A DNA stretch of 64,000 bases from an uncultured delta proteobacterium (lineage in GTDB: Bacteria > Myxococcota > Myxococcia > Myxococcales > Myxococcaceae), in assembly GCA_963776345.1 (NCBI GenBank), contig CAVZMH010000015.1, forward strand, positions 256,001 through 320,000, written 5' to 3'. The translations under genes and the position numbers were made by a program. Position 1 is the stretch's first letter. The number at the start of each line of letters is the position of its first letter. The notes under the pieces were generated by a model, which was not told the origin of the DNA, searched no databases, and saw only the letters and a list, made by a program, of their open reading frames with translations. Shown one piece after another: positions 50,284-63,317 of this stretch.

Positions 50284-51852
50284 CTAGCGGAACCGCGGGT
50301 CGATGGCCAGATACGCGGCGGCGCGCAGCGACCGTCGGTGCAGCTCCCGCGGGTGGCGCAGGACCTGGAGGTGCAGCTTCCGGCCGAACACCCTGCGGAA
50401 CAGCCCCGCCTCGTGCGTGGCGTCCCACAGCTCGAGGTCCAGCGGGCTCCGGGCCTTGAGCTGCACCAGCACCGCGTTGGGGAGCAGCCGTGCCTGGAGC
50501 CGGACGATGCTCTGCCGGTGGCTGCGGTCGAGCGAGTCCGCCACCCGGAGCAGCGTGGCCAGCTTCCGCACCAGGCGAACCTCTCCAGCCCCGAGGCCCT
50601 CCATCCCCGAGTGGCTCGGGTCCGGAGCGCTCCGCCGGTGGTAGCGGGCGATGCGGGCCGCCAGCTCGCGCTCCCGCTCGCGCAGCCCGGGGATCTCCGC
50701 GTTGACGATGAGGTAGTAGCTGTGCCGGTGGTGCTTCTGGTAGCTGACCGCGTTGCCGATGTCGTGCAGCAGCCCGGCGACCTCGAGCAGCGGCCGGGCC
50801 GAGGCCGGCAGGTTGTGCACGGGCGCGAGGTCGTCGAAGAGCTGGAGCGCGAGCCGGGTGACCTGCGCCGCGTGCGCCTCGTCGAAGTGGAAGCGGCGTC
50901 CCACCACCAGCGCCGCCTCGTGGAGGCTGTGGTCCTCGCCGGAATCCTTGCGGCGGATGAGATCCACCAGGATGCCCTCGCGGAGCCCCCGCTGGACGGC
51001 GGTGACCGCCTCGAGCCCGAGGTGCTTCACCAGCTGCTCGAGGATGACCGCCCCGGCGCAGATGACCTCCGCCCGCCGGGCGTCGAACCGCTTCCGCCGC
51101 TGGGCCGGTGACATCTCCACCAGGTCCTCGACCGCCTGGGAGATCTGACGGGCGGTGGCGTGGGCGGTGCCCTCCGCCGCGGCGTAGCCCACCACCGCCC
51201 CGATGGTGCCGGAGCTCCCCAGCGCCGACCGGGGCGCGCCGGCGATGCGGGCCGGGAGCCCCTCGGTGAGCACCTCCGAGACGTAGCCGCGCAGGAGCTT
51301 GACCTGCTTCTTGCTCATGCCCTTCGTCGTCCCGAACAGCTCGGTCAGCCGGACTGCCCCCAGGCCGACGCTCCACATGGCGTTCGGGGTGTCCCCGATC
51401 GCCGCGGCGACCTCGGTCGAGCCGCCGCCGATGTCGATGCACAGCGAGCGGGCGCTGGGCGGCTTCCCCCAGAGCACGCCCAGGGTGATCAGCCGGGCCT
51501 CCTCCACGCCGGAGATGACCTCCAGCCGGAGCCCTGCCTCTTCCCGGGCCCTCCGGACGATCTCGTCGCGGTTCTTCGCCTCGCGGACCGCGCTGGTGGC
51601 CACGGCCCGGACCTGGGCGTGGTAGCGCCGGCAGAGCGCGCCGTAGCGCCGCAGGGTCGAGAGCAGCCGGTCGGCCACCTCCCGTGGGATGACGCCGGTC
51701 CTGAACACACCCTCGCCGGGGCGGACCGGGTCCCGCTCCTGGTGGAGCAGCTCCAGCGAGCCGTTGGTCAGCAGCCGCGCCAGCTCCAGACGCACGGCGT
51801 TGGTGCCGACGTCGATGGCGGCGAGCACGGGCTCTGGGACGGGTCGGGTCAA
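50284..51852 (-). CDS. ppx: Exopolyphosphatase Ppx/GppA with HD domain
   Basis: AAIDVGTN, ATSAVREA.N, ISG.EEARL, DIGGGSTE, GLREG, LLHDIG. Confidence 0.95.
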   Translation of the reverse strand: MTRPVPEPVLAAIDVGTNAVRLELARLLTNGSLELLHQERDPVRPGEGVFRTGVIPREVADRLLSTLRRYGALCRRYHAQVRAVATSAVREAKNRDEIVRRAREEAGLRLEVISGVEEARLITLGVLWGKPPSARSLCIDIGGGSTEVAAAIGDTPNAMWSVGLGAVRLTELFGTTKGMSKKQVKLLRGYVSEVLTEGLPARIAGAPRSALGSSGTIGAVVGYAAAEGTAHATARQISQAVEDLVEMSPAQRRKRFDARRAEVICAGAVILEQLVKHLGLEAVTAVQRGLREGILVDLIRRKDSGEDHSLHEAALVVGRRFHFDEAHAAQVTRLALQLFDDLAPVHNLPASARPLLEVAGLLHDIGNAVSYQKHHRHSYYLIVNAEIPGLRERERELAARIARYHRRSAPDPSHSGMEGLGAGEVRLVRKLATLLRVADSLDRSHRQSIVRLQARLLPNAVLVQLKARSPLDLELWDATHEAGLFRRVFGRKLHLQVLRHPRELHRRSLRAAAYLAIDPRFR

Positions 51853-51981
51853 GGCGCTCCAGGGAGGTGTAACAATGCGCTCCGACGCACAAGACCGCGG
51901 GCTTGCCCGGCCCCTCTCTTCACGTCATCGTCACCCGACTGGATCCCCCCGGACGCAGCGCTCCGGACGCCCTCACCGACC

Positions 51982-54129
51982 GTGGAATCGACCGACCCCC
52001 GGATGTTCATCAACCGCGAGCTGAGCGCGCTCGCCTTCAACCTGCGCATCCTGGGGGAGGCGCAGGACGCCACCCTGCCCCCGTACGAGCGGGTCCGGTT
52101 CCTCTCCATCGGCTCGGCGAACCTGGACGAGTTCTTCATGGTGCGGGTGGCCGGCATCAAACAGCAGCTGGCCTCCGGGGTCACGGCCACCGAGGCGGAC
52201 GGCCTCTCGCCCAGCGAGCAGTTCCAGGCCATCACCGCCGAGGTCCGGGAGATGGTCCGGGTCTTCGACTCGGTCTGGCGGGACGAGCTGGTCCCCCTCC
52301 TCAAGTCGCACGGGGTCGAGCTGGTCTCGCCCGATGCGCTCGACCGGGCCCAGCGGGACGCGGTGCGCGAGCATTTCCGCTCGGCGGTCTTCCCTGCCCT
52401 CACCCCGCTGGCGGTGGACCCCGGGCATCCCTTCCCCCACCTGCGCAACAAGTCGCTGAACCTGGCGGTGGTGCTCCACCGCGAGGGCCGGAAGCGCCGG
52501 GCCGGCAGCGGACCCGCGGACCTCGCCGTCGTCCAGGTCCCCACCGTCCTGAGCCGGCTCGTCCCGGTGCCCGCCGACGAAGGCCGGAGCGCCTACCTCC
52601 TGCTCGAGGACCTGATCGGCCTCTTCCTGGGGGAGCTGTTCCCCGGCTTCACCGTGGAGCACAAGGCGGCCTTCCGGGTGACCCGCAACTGGGACCTGAA
52701 CGTGGACGAGGAGGAGTCCGAGGACCTCATGTCCACCATCCAGGAGGAGCTCCGCCGGCGCGACCGGGGCATGGCAGTGCGGCTCGAGCTGGACCAGGGG
52801 GCCACGCTGGCGCTCGAGGCGTCGCTCCGGCAGTCGCTGGGGCTCGCCCACGAGGACGTCTACCGCTCCGAGGCGCCGCTCCAGCTCTCCGACCTGACCG
52901 CCCTGGCCGAGCGCGACCACCGCCCCGAGCTCCGGGCCGAGCCCTTCACCCCTGCCCTTCCGCCCGCGCTCCGCGACGCCGAGAGCCTCTTCCCGGTGCT
53001 CGCCCGCGGCGACGTGCTGCTCCAGCATCCCTACGAGTCGTTCGACCTCGTCACCCGCTTCATCGAGGAGGCGGCCGACGACCCCAACGTGCTGGCCATC
53101 AAGCAGACCCTGTACCGCATCGCCCCGGACAGCCCGATCGCCCGGGCGCTCGGCCGCGCCGCCGAGAACGGCAAGCAGGTGGCGGCGCTGGTGGAGCTCA
53201 AGGCGCGCCTCGACGAGGCCAACAACATCGCCTGGGCCCGGCGCATGGAGGAGGCGGGCGTCCACGTGGTCTACGGGCTCATCGGCCTCAAGACCCACTG
53301 CAAGATCGCCCTGGTGGTCCGGCGCGAGGGCCAGGGCATCCGCCGCTACGTCCACCTCGGGACGGGGAACTACAACGCCCTGACCGCGCGGCAGTACACC
53401 GACCTGTCGCTCTTCACCTCCCGGACCGCGGTGGCCGACGACGTGAGCGCGCTGTTCAACATGCTCACCGGCTACGCCGTGCCGCCGACCTTCAAGCGAC
53501 TGGTGGTGGCGCCCTTCGGGCTCCAGCAGAAGCTGACCGAGCTCATCCGGCGCGAGGCGGACCGGGCCCGCAAGGGCGAGGGCGGGCGCATCCTGGTCAA
53601 GGTGAACCACCTGGTGGACGCGGACCTCATCCGCGAGCTCTACCTGGCCTCGCAGGCGGGCGTGCGGATCGACCTCCTCATCCGGGGCATCTGCTGCCTC
53701 CGGCCGGGCCTGCTCGGCGTCTCGGACAACATCCGGGTGCGGGCGATCACCGACCGGTTCCTCGAGCACGGGCGGGTGTTCGCCTTCGGGACGCCCGAGC
53801 GCGCCGAGGTGTTCCTCTCCAGCTCCGACTGGATGACGCGCAACTTCGTCCGCCGGGTCGAGGTGATGGTCCCGGTGGAGGACCCGGCCATCCGGCTCCG
53901 GCTGCTCGACGAGGTGCTGGGCATCGGGCTGCGCGACGACGCGAAAGCCAGCGAGCTGCAGCCGGACGGGAGCTACACCCCGGTCCGGACCGAGGGCGGC
54001 CCCACCGTCCGCAGCCAGATGGTGTTCCTCGAGCGGGCGCACCGGGCCGAGGCGGGCAAGGACGCCGTCATCCGGCACATCGCCGCGCCCGAGCCCGCCC
54101 CGCCGCGGACCGCCGCGCCGCAGGCCTGA
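51982..54129 (+). CDS. ppk1: Polyphosphate kinase 1
   Basis: FINRELS, NLDEFFMVRVAG, HPYESF, IKQTLYR, ELKARLDE, KTHCK, GTGNYN, RFLEH; start GTG 51982 or ATG 52003. Confidence 0.97.
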   Translation: MESTDPRMFINRELSALAFNLRILGEAQDATLPPYERVRFLSIGSANLDEFFMVRVAGIKQQLASGVTATEADGLSPSEQFQAITAEVREMVRVFDSVWRDELVPLLKSHGVELVSPDALDRAQRDAVREHFRSAVFPALTPLAVDPGHPFPHLRNKSLNLAVVLHREGRKRRAGSGPADLAVVQVPTVLSRLVPVPADEGRSAYLLLEDLIGLFLGELFPGFTVEHKAAFRVTRNWDLNVDEEESEDLMSTIQEELRRRDRGMAVRLELDQGATLALEASLRQSLGLAHEDVYRSEAPLQLSDLTALAERDHRPELRAEPFTPALPPALRDAESLFPVLARGDVLLQHPYESFDLVTRFIEEAADDPNVLAIKQTLYRIAPDSPIARALGRAAENGKQVAALVELKARLDEANNIAWARRMEEAGVHVVYGLIGLKTHCKIALVVRREGQGIRRYVHLGTGNYNALTARQYTDLSLFTSRTAVADDVSALFNMLTGYAVPPTFKRLVVAPFGLQQKLTELIRREADRARKGEGGRILVKVNHLVDADLIRELYLASQAGVRIDLLIRGICCLRPGLLGVSDNIRVRAITDRFLEHGRVFAFGTPERAEVFLSSSDWMTRNFVRRVEVMVPVEDPAIRLRLLDEVLGIGLRDDAKASELQPDGSYTPVRTEGGPTVRSQMVFLERAHRAEAGKDAVIRHIAAPEPAPPRTAAPQA

Positions 54130-54248
54130 GCCGCCGAGGCGGGCTTCCAGCGCCATCGCCAGGGGCCCGACGTTCCTGTCGAGCTCGCTGAACGCAGAGC
54201 CCCGCGCTGCCTTGCGCCCGCGCCCCCCGGCCTGCAAGACGGAGGCAC

Positions 54249-56171
54249 GTGACCCTGCTCCGCGCCGCCGACGTCTCGCTCTCGTTCGGGAGCCGCACCC
54301 TCTTCCACGAGCTCACGCTGGTGGTCGAGGAGGACGAGCGCGTGGGGCTGGTCGGGGTGAACGGCTCGGGCAAGTCGACCCTGATGCGCATCCTCGCCGG
54401 CGAGCTGCGGCCCGACGCCGGGGAGCTCCAGCTCCGCCGCGGCGCGCGGGTGACCTTCCTCGCCCAGGAACCCGAGTTCCCGCCCGGGGCGACCGTCGCC
54501 GGCGAGCTGTCCGTGGCCCAGGCGCCTCTCCGCCAGGCGCTGGAGAAGCACCATGCACTCGCCCACCAGCTCGGCTCGCTCGGCGCTGAGCCGCTGGCCC
54601 GCGCCACCGCCCAGCTCGCCGCGCTGGCCGACCGCATCGAGTCGCTGGGCGGCTGGGACACCGAGCACCAGGCGCGCACCTTGCTCGACCGGCTCGGGGT
54701 GAAGGACTGGGACCGGCCGGTGGACCAGCTCTCGGGCGGCGTGCGCAAGCGGGTGGCCATCGCCCGGGCCCTGCTCTCCCGGCCAGATCTCCTGCTCCTC
54801 GACGAGCCCACCAACCACCTGGACGCCGACACCGTGGAGTGGCTCGAGGACGCGCTCGACGCGCTCCCCGGCGCGCTGCTGCTCGTCACCCACGACCGCT
54901 ACTTCCTCGACAGCCTGGTGGACCGGGTGGTGGAGATCCAGCCGGGAGGCGCGCTGGTCTCCTACCCGGGCAACTACCAGGCCTACCTCGAGCAGAAGCT
55001 CGTCGCAGAGGCGGACGCCGAGCGCACCGAGCACAAGCGCGGCCGGTGGATCGCCCAGGAGGTGGCCTGGCTCCGGCGCGGCCCCGAGGCGCGGCGCACC
55101 AAGAGCCGGGCCCGCATCGAGCGCGCCCGGCGGCTCATGGCCGAGCCGCGCTTCCGCCGCCCGCGCGTGCCCGAGCTGCAGCTGGCCGAGGCGCCTCGCC
55201 TGGGCCACACCGTGCTCGAGGCCCGCGACGTCGCCTTCGGGTGGCCGGGGCGCGAGGTGTTCCGCGACGTCTCGCTCCTCGTCCAGTCCGGCGACCGGGT
55301 GGGCATCGTCGGTCCGAACGGCGCGGGCAAGACGACCTTGCTCCGGGTCCTCCTCGGCGAGCTCGCACCCCAGCACGGCACGGTGGTCCGCGGTCGAACC
55401 GTCCGCGTCGCGCACTTCGACCAGGGGCGCGCGTCGCTGGACCCGGAGCAGACGGTGTACGAGGCCGCGTCCAGCGAGGAGCAGGTGGAGCTCGGCGGAC
55501 GGACGGTGGCGCTCCGCGACTACCTCGACGACCTGCTGTTTCCCGTCCCGATGCAGCGGATGAAGGTCGGCGCGCTCTCGGGCGGCGAGCGGAACCGGCT
55601 GCTGCTGGCGCGGCTGTTCCTCCAGGGGGCGAATCTCCTCGTCCTCGACGAGCCGACCAACGACCTCGATCTGCCGACGCTCAACGTCCTCGAGCGGCTG
55701 CTGCTCGGCTTCGGCGGGGCGGTGCTGCTCGTGACCCACGACCGGTACTTCCTGGACAAGGTCGCGACGCGCATCGTGGCCGTGGAGGGCGACGGCAAGG
55801 TGGTCTCCTGGCCGGGGAACTACACGACGTACCGGACGCTCCGGGCGCAGACGATGACATCCGCACCGCCCTCCACGGCCACCAGCGAGGCCCGGGACCG
55901 GCCGACTCCGTCCTCGCGGAACGGCGCCCGACCCTCCGAGCCGACCCGTCCGAGGCGTCTCGGGTACCAGGCGCAGCGCGAGCTCGAGGGCATGGAAGCG
56001 GCGATCGAGGCGGCCGAGGCGCGTCGGGCCGAGGCGGAGGCCGCGCTGCTCCGCCCGGAGGTGTACTCGGACGGGCGCCGGGCGGCCGAGGCGCAGGCGG
56101 CGCTCGCCGCGGCCGCAGTCGAGGTGGACCGGCTGTACGCGCGGTGGGCCGAGCTCACCTCGATCGGGTGA
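54249..56171 (+). CDS. ABC-F ATPase, Uup-like
   Basis: Two ABC domains (GVNGSGKS, GPNGAGKT, DEPTN); linker E.AWLRRGP.ARRTK..ARI; C-terminal LY.RW.EL coiled coil. Confidence 0.93.
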   Translation: MTLLRAADVSLSFGSRTLFHELTLVVEEDERVGLVGVNGSGKSTLMRILAGELRPDAGELQLRRGARVTFLAQEPEFPPGATVAGELSVAQAPLRQALEKHHALAHQLGSLGAEPLARATAQLAALADRIESLGGWDTEHQARTLLDRLGVKDWDRPVDQLSGGVRKRVAIARALLSRPDLLLLDEPTNHLDADTVEWLEDALDALPGALLLVTHDRYFLDSLVDRVVEIQPGGALVSYPGNYQAYLEQKLVAEADAERTEHKRGRWIAQEVAWLRRGPEARRTKSRARIERARRLMAEPRFRRPRVPELQLAEAPRLGHTVLEARDVAFGWPGREVFRDVSLLVQSGDRVGIVGPNGAGKTTLLRVLLGELAPQHGTVVRGRTVRVAHFDQGRASLDPEQTVYEAASSEEQVELGGRTVALRDYLDDLLFPVPMQRMKVGALSGGERNRLLLARLFLQGANLLVLDEPTNDLDLPTLNVLERLLLGFGGAVLLVTHDRYFLDKVATRIVAVEGDGKVVSWPGNYTTYRTLRAQTMTSAPPSTATSEARDRPTPSSRNGARPSEPTRPRRLGYQAQRELEGMEAAIEAAEARRAEAEAALLRPEVYSDGRRAAEAQAALAAAAVEVDRLYARWAELTSIG

Positions 56172-56873
56172 GTGACCTTGCCGTGCCCAGCGCGAGCGCG
56201 CCGTAGACCCCGGCCGCCTCGAAGCTGGGCACGCCTCGCGGGCGATGCGCCCACCCGTTCATCACCAGCGTGAGTCGCAGCTCTCCGCGGGTCCGGAGCC
56301 GGGACACCGGGACGTCGTTCCGGGCATCGAGCACCCCGTGCGTCAGCCGCCCGTCGAAGACGGCGAGGCGGTTCGGGCGAGGGCCGACGAGGTCGGCCTC
56401 GAGCGGAAGCGGGACCAGCGCCGGGTTCCGCGGATCCGGCGCCTGCGCGGTCACCGCGAGCGCGCCGCCCCGCACCCGGTTCAGGAAGAGCACCGAGGAG
56501 ACGCGCGGATGCCGCTGCGGACCGCCGCCCAGGGCCAGGCGCTCGTCCCGGTCGCGGTGGAAGTCCACGCGCACGTCGTGGGTCCACATCCGCGACAGCC
56601 ACCACTCGACCCCGCGCGCGCCCTGCGCACGAAAGCGGGCCGACAGCGCCAGCGCGGCCAGCTCGGGCACGGCGGCGGGCGTCGCGTCGAGGTCGAACCA
56701 GAAGGTCGTCTCGTACGTCCGCCGGAGTCCCTCCGTCCCGAGCCGGCGCACGCTGTCCCGCAGCTTCCGGAACAGCGCCGGCGGGAGCGCCTCGTCGGCG
56801 ATCTCGACCAGGCGCTCCGACCGGACCCCGTCGGCTCGTCGAGGACTCCGCCGGCCAGTGCGCCTCGCCGAGG

Positions 56874-56877
<4 letters not shown>
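56155..56877 (-). CDS. 2OG-Fe(II) oxygenase superfamily protein
   Basis: GTGA overlap with upstream gene; GVEWW, FHRD (HxD), SSVLFLN..GG, P.PNRL..FDG.L.HGV, R.TL..N.W. Confidence 0.8.
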
Positions 56878-58852
<1,975 letters not shown>

Positions 58853-58869
58853 CTAGGGTGCGCCCTTCG

Positions 58870-61370
58870 ATGCCCGCCCTCGCCGATCTGCTCCCGCCCG
58901 AGCCGACCTCGGACCCGGACGTCCTGCTGGAGCGCTTCCTCGCCTGGGTCCAGTCCACCGGGCTGACCCTCTACCCCGCCCAGGAGGAGGCGCTGCTCGA
59001 GCTGATGGCGGGCAAGCACGTCCTGCTCGCCACCCCCACCGGCTCCGGGAAGTCGCTGGTCGCCGTCGCTCTGCTCTTCAAGGCGCTCGCCGAGGGGAAG
59101 ATCTCCTTCTACACCGTGCCGATCAAGGCGCTGGCCAACGAGAAGTTCTTCGCGCTTTGCGAGCTGTTCGGCGCCGAGCGGGTGGGCATGCTCACCGGCG
59201 ACGCGAGCATCAACCGCGGCGCCCCCATCATCTGCTGCACCGCCGAGGTCCTCGCCAACCTCGCCCTGCGCGAGGCCGAGCCCCGCGTCGACGCGGTGGT
59301 GATGGACGAGTTCCACTACTACGGGGACAAGGACCGCGGCGTCGCCTGGCAGATTCCGCTCCTCACCCTGCCCCACGCCACCTTCCTCCTGATGTCCGCC
59401 ACGCTCGGGGACACCACCGCCATCGAGCAGAGCATCCGGGACCTCACCGGCCGGGAGGTCGCCTCGGTCCGGAGCGGCCAGCGCCCGGTCCCGCTGGAGT
59501 ACGAGTACCGGGAGACGCCGCTCCACGAGACCCTCGAGGACCTGGTCCAGGGCGGCCGGGCCCCGGTCTACCTGGTCAACTTCTCCCAGCGCGCCGCCGC
59601 CGAGCAGGCCCAGGCCCTCACCTCGGCCAACGTCACCACCCGCGAGGAGAAGGAGGCGCTCCGGGCCGCCCTCACCGACGCCCGGTTCGACTCTCCGTTC
59701 GGCAAGGACATGCGGCGGCTCCTCTCGCACGGCATCGGGCTGCACCACGCCGGGCTGCTGCCGAAGTACCGGCTCCTCTGCGAGAAGCTGGCGCAGTCGG
59801 GGATGCTCAAGGTGGTCAGCGGGACCGACACCCTGGGCGTGGGGGTGAACATCCCGATCCGGACCGTCCTCTTCACCCAGCTCTCCAAGTACGACGGCGA
59901 GAAGACCGCGCAGCTCACCGCCCGCGACTTCCACCAGATCGCCGGGCGCGCCGGACGGAAGGGCTTCGACGACAGGGGCTGGGTCGTGGCGCAGGCCCCC
60001 GAGCACGTCATCGAGAACCTCAAGCTCGGTCAGAAGGCAGCCGCGGGGAAGAAGGTCGTCCGCAAGCCGCCGCCCAAGGGCTTCGTCGGCTGGGACCGGC
60101 AGACGTTCGAGAAGCTGGTCGGGAAGCAGCCCGAGCCGCTCGTCTCCCGCTTCGACGTGACGCACGGGCTCCTGCTCAACCTCCTGCAGGCCGACGCGCC
60201 CGAACGCGGCGGTGGCTACGGCCGGCTGGTGCGCATCGTCCGCCGGGCGCACGTCACCGAGACGCGGAAGAAGCAGCTCCTGGTGAAGAGCGCGGTCCAG
60301 TTCCGCACGCTCCGGGCCGCCGGCCTCGTCTCCACCTTCAAGCACCCCCACGCCCGCTCCGCCGAGGTGGAGATCTCGCCGGAGCTGCAGCGCGACTTCT
60401 CGCTCCACCACACGCTGTCGCTCTACCTGCTCGACACCTTGCCCAGGCTGGACCGCGAGGCCCCGACGTATGCGCTGGACGTCATCACGCTCGTCGAGTC
60501 CATCCTCGAGGACCCGGGCATCGTCCTCCTGAAGCAGCTCGACGCGCTCAAGACCGAGCGGCTCGCCGAGCTGAAGGCCCAGGGCGTCGAGTACGCCCAG
60601 CGCATGGAGGAGCTGGAGAAGCTCGAGTACCCCAAGCCCCACCGCGACTTCATCTACGGCACCTTCGACGCCTTCGCCCTCAAGCACCCGTGGGTGGGGC
60701 ACGAGAACATCCGGCCCAAGTCGGTGGCCCGCGACATGCTCGAGCGGTTCGCGACCTTCAACGACTATGTGCGGCAGTACGAGCTCCAGCGGAGCGAGGG
60801 CGTCCTCCTCCGGTACCTCTCGGACGCGTACAAGACCCTGGCCCAGACCGTTCCCGAGGGCTACCGGGACGAGGCCCTCGACGAGGCGCTGCAGAGCCTC
60901 CGCCGCACCGTGCGCGAGGCCGACTCGAGCCTGCTGGACGAGTGGGAACGGCTCCAGCGCCCGGACGCTGCCCCCGTCCGCCCTCGACCGCGGGAGGCCC
61001 CGTCGGTCCGTCTCCGCGGGAGATCTCCGCGCGCATCCGGTCCGAGCTCCACCGCCTCCTGAAGGCCGTCGCCGAGAAGGCCTGGGACGACGCCCTCGCC
61101 TGTCTCGCCCCCGGCCAGGACTGGACGGCCGAATCACTCGCCGCCGAGACGGCGCCCTACTTCGCCGCCCACGACCGGATGGTCCTCACCCCCGAGGCGC
61201 GACGCCCGAGCATGGCCGTGGTCCGGTCCGACGTTCCCGGCCACTGGGAGGCCCGGCAGAAGATCCTCTCGCCCGACGGCGAGGCGGACTGGATGCTCGA
61301 CTGCTCGGTGACGCTCGCCCCGGGGCCACTCCCCGACGCCCCGCGCTGGCGCTCGAATCGGCTCAACCGC
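58870..61370 (+). CDS. Ski2/HelY-like DEAD/DEAH helicase with DUF3516-type C-terminus; frameshifted near 60990, end approximate
   Basis: PTGSGKS, PIKAL, DEFH, MSAT, HHAG, QIAGRAGR, RSEGVLLRYLSD.YK, DSSLLDEWE; C-terminal ~120 aa continue in the frame of ORF 59157..61814. Confidence 0.88.
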
Positions 61371-61675
61371 GCCGATCGGGAGCTCTGCCGGAGCGAAGCC
61401 TGCCCGCCGACCGGGTCGCTCGCCGGGTGTCCCACACGCTGGTGGCCGCGTTCGGCGCTGCATGCCCGACCGGGTCTCCCGTGGCGCTCGAGGGTCTGGC
61501 GCGAGACCCCTCCGGCGCTCGATGGGCCCTGCGACGCTGCGGTGACGCTCTGCACGCCGACGCACGGCATCATCACTGTGCGTCGCTGCACTGGCCGGTC
61601 CGGCGCGCGCGGAGGTTCGCCCCTTCGTTCCCGGCCCGAGCTGCGCCCCCGTCTCGCCCCGAGCACCCTGAACCG

Positions 61676-63305
61676 ATGCCCACGCTGCAAGTCACCCAGG
61701 TCACCAAGGCCTACGGCCAGAAACGCCTCTTCGAGGACGTCGACGTCGCCTTCTCAGAGCACCGCCGCTACGGCCTCACCGGCCCCAACGGCGCCGGCAA
61801 GTCGACATTCATGAAGATCCTCGCCGGCGAGCTCGAGCCCGACACCGGCATGATCAGCCGGCCAAAGAAGACCTCCGTCCTCAAGCAGGACCAGTTCGGC
61901 TACGAGGACGTGCGGGTCCTCGACGTCGTGCTCCAGGGCAACCAGGGGCTCTGGGCGGCGCTCCATGAGAAGGAGACCCTGCTCCACAAGCCCGATCTCA
62001 CCGATGACGACGGCCACCGCCTGGCAGATCTGGAGGCCGTCATCGCCGAGGAGGACGGCTACACCGCCGAGGCCGATGCCGCCGCCCTGCTCTCCGGACT
62101 GGGCGTCCCCGAGGGCGACCACGCCCGGCTGATGCGGGAGATCCCCGGCGGCTACAAGCTCCGCGTGCTCCTCGCCCAGGCCCTCTTCGGCAAGCCCCAG
62201 GCGCTCCTCCTGGACGAGCCCACCAACAACCTCGACCTCGACTCCATCCGCTGGCTGGAGGGCTTCCTCCGCGAGTACGAGGGGATCCTGGTCGCCATCA
62301 GCCACGACCGGCACTTCCTCAACGCGATCTGCACCCACATCGCGGACATCGACTACCAGACCATCATCACCTACCCGGGTGACTACGACGACATGGTGAT
62401 GGCCAAGGCTCAGGTGCGCTCGCGGGTCGAGTCGGAGAATGCCGAGAAGCAGAAGAAGATCTCGCAGCTCCAAGACTTCGTCGCCCGCTTCTCCGCCGGC
62501 ACCCGCGCCAGCCAGGTCCAGAGCCGGAAGAAGGCGATGGAGAAGCTCCAGCTCTCCGACCTCAAGCGCAGCAACATCGAGCGGCCGTTCATCAAGTTCG
62601 AGCAGAAGCGCCCCAGCGGCAAGCAGACCCTGACCATCGAGAAGCTCACCAAGCACTGGCCCGGCGGTGATGGTGGCCGACGACTTCAGCGCGCTGGTCA
62701 CCCGCGGCGAGAAGATTGCCATCATCGGCCGCAACGGCGTGGGCAAGACCACCCTGTGCAAGATGCTGGTCGGCCAGCTCGAGCCCGACGAGGGCACCCT
62801 CACCTGGGGCCACGAGGCCAAGGTCGGCTACCTCGCCCAGGACCACCGCGAGGGCATCCCCAACGACACCACCGCCGCCGAGTGGCTCCACACCTTCGAT
62901 CACAAGGCGGGCAACGAGGAGATCCGCGGGCTGCTCGGGCGGATGCTCTTCAAGGGCGAGGAGGGCCTGAAGCCCACCCGCGCGCTCTCCGGAGGCGAGG
63001 CGGTCCGGCTGATCTTCGCCAAGCTCATGCTCACCAAGGACAACGTCCTGGTGCTCGACGAGCCCACCAACCACCTGGACCTCGAGTCGATCGTCGCTCT
63101 GGGGGACGCGCTCTCCAAGTACGAGGGCACCGCCTTCGTGGTCACCCACGACCGCGACCTCATCGAGCAGTTCGCCACCCGCCTCTGGGCCTTCACCCCG
63201 GAGGGGCTGGTGGACTTCCGCGGGACCTACGACGAGTACCTGGCCAAGAGCGGCGCCGGCGCCGCCGCCACCCGCGCCGGCCCGGCCAGCGGCAAGAAGC
63301 GCTGA
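61676..63305 (+). CDS. ABC-F ATPase, YbiT-like (frameshift near 62662)
   Basis: YGLTGPNGAGKSTFMK, LKQDQF, KLRVLLAQALFG.P, FV.RFSA..RA.Q..SR; second ABC domain in ORF 62667..63305. Confidence 0.92.
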
Positions 63306-63317
63306 GCAGGACCGTCC

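Noticed and set aside
61370..61675. Leader peptide or attenuator upstream of the YbiT-like ABC-F
   Set aside because: No convincing short ORF with RBS or terminator, and the region is error-prone.
62640..62680. Split ABC-F as two genes or a pseudogene
   Set aside because: The break falls inside the start of the second ABC domain and both halves are undecayed; a single indel explains it.
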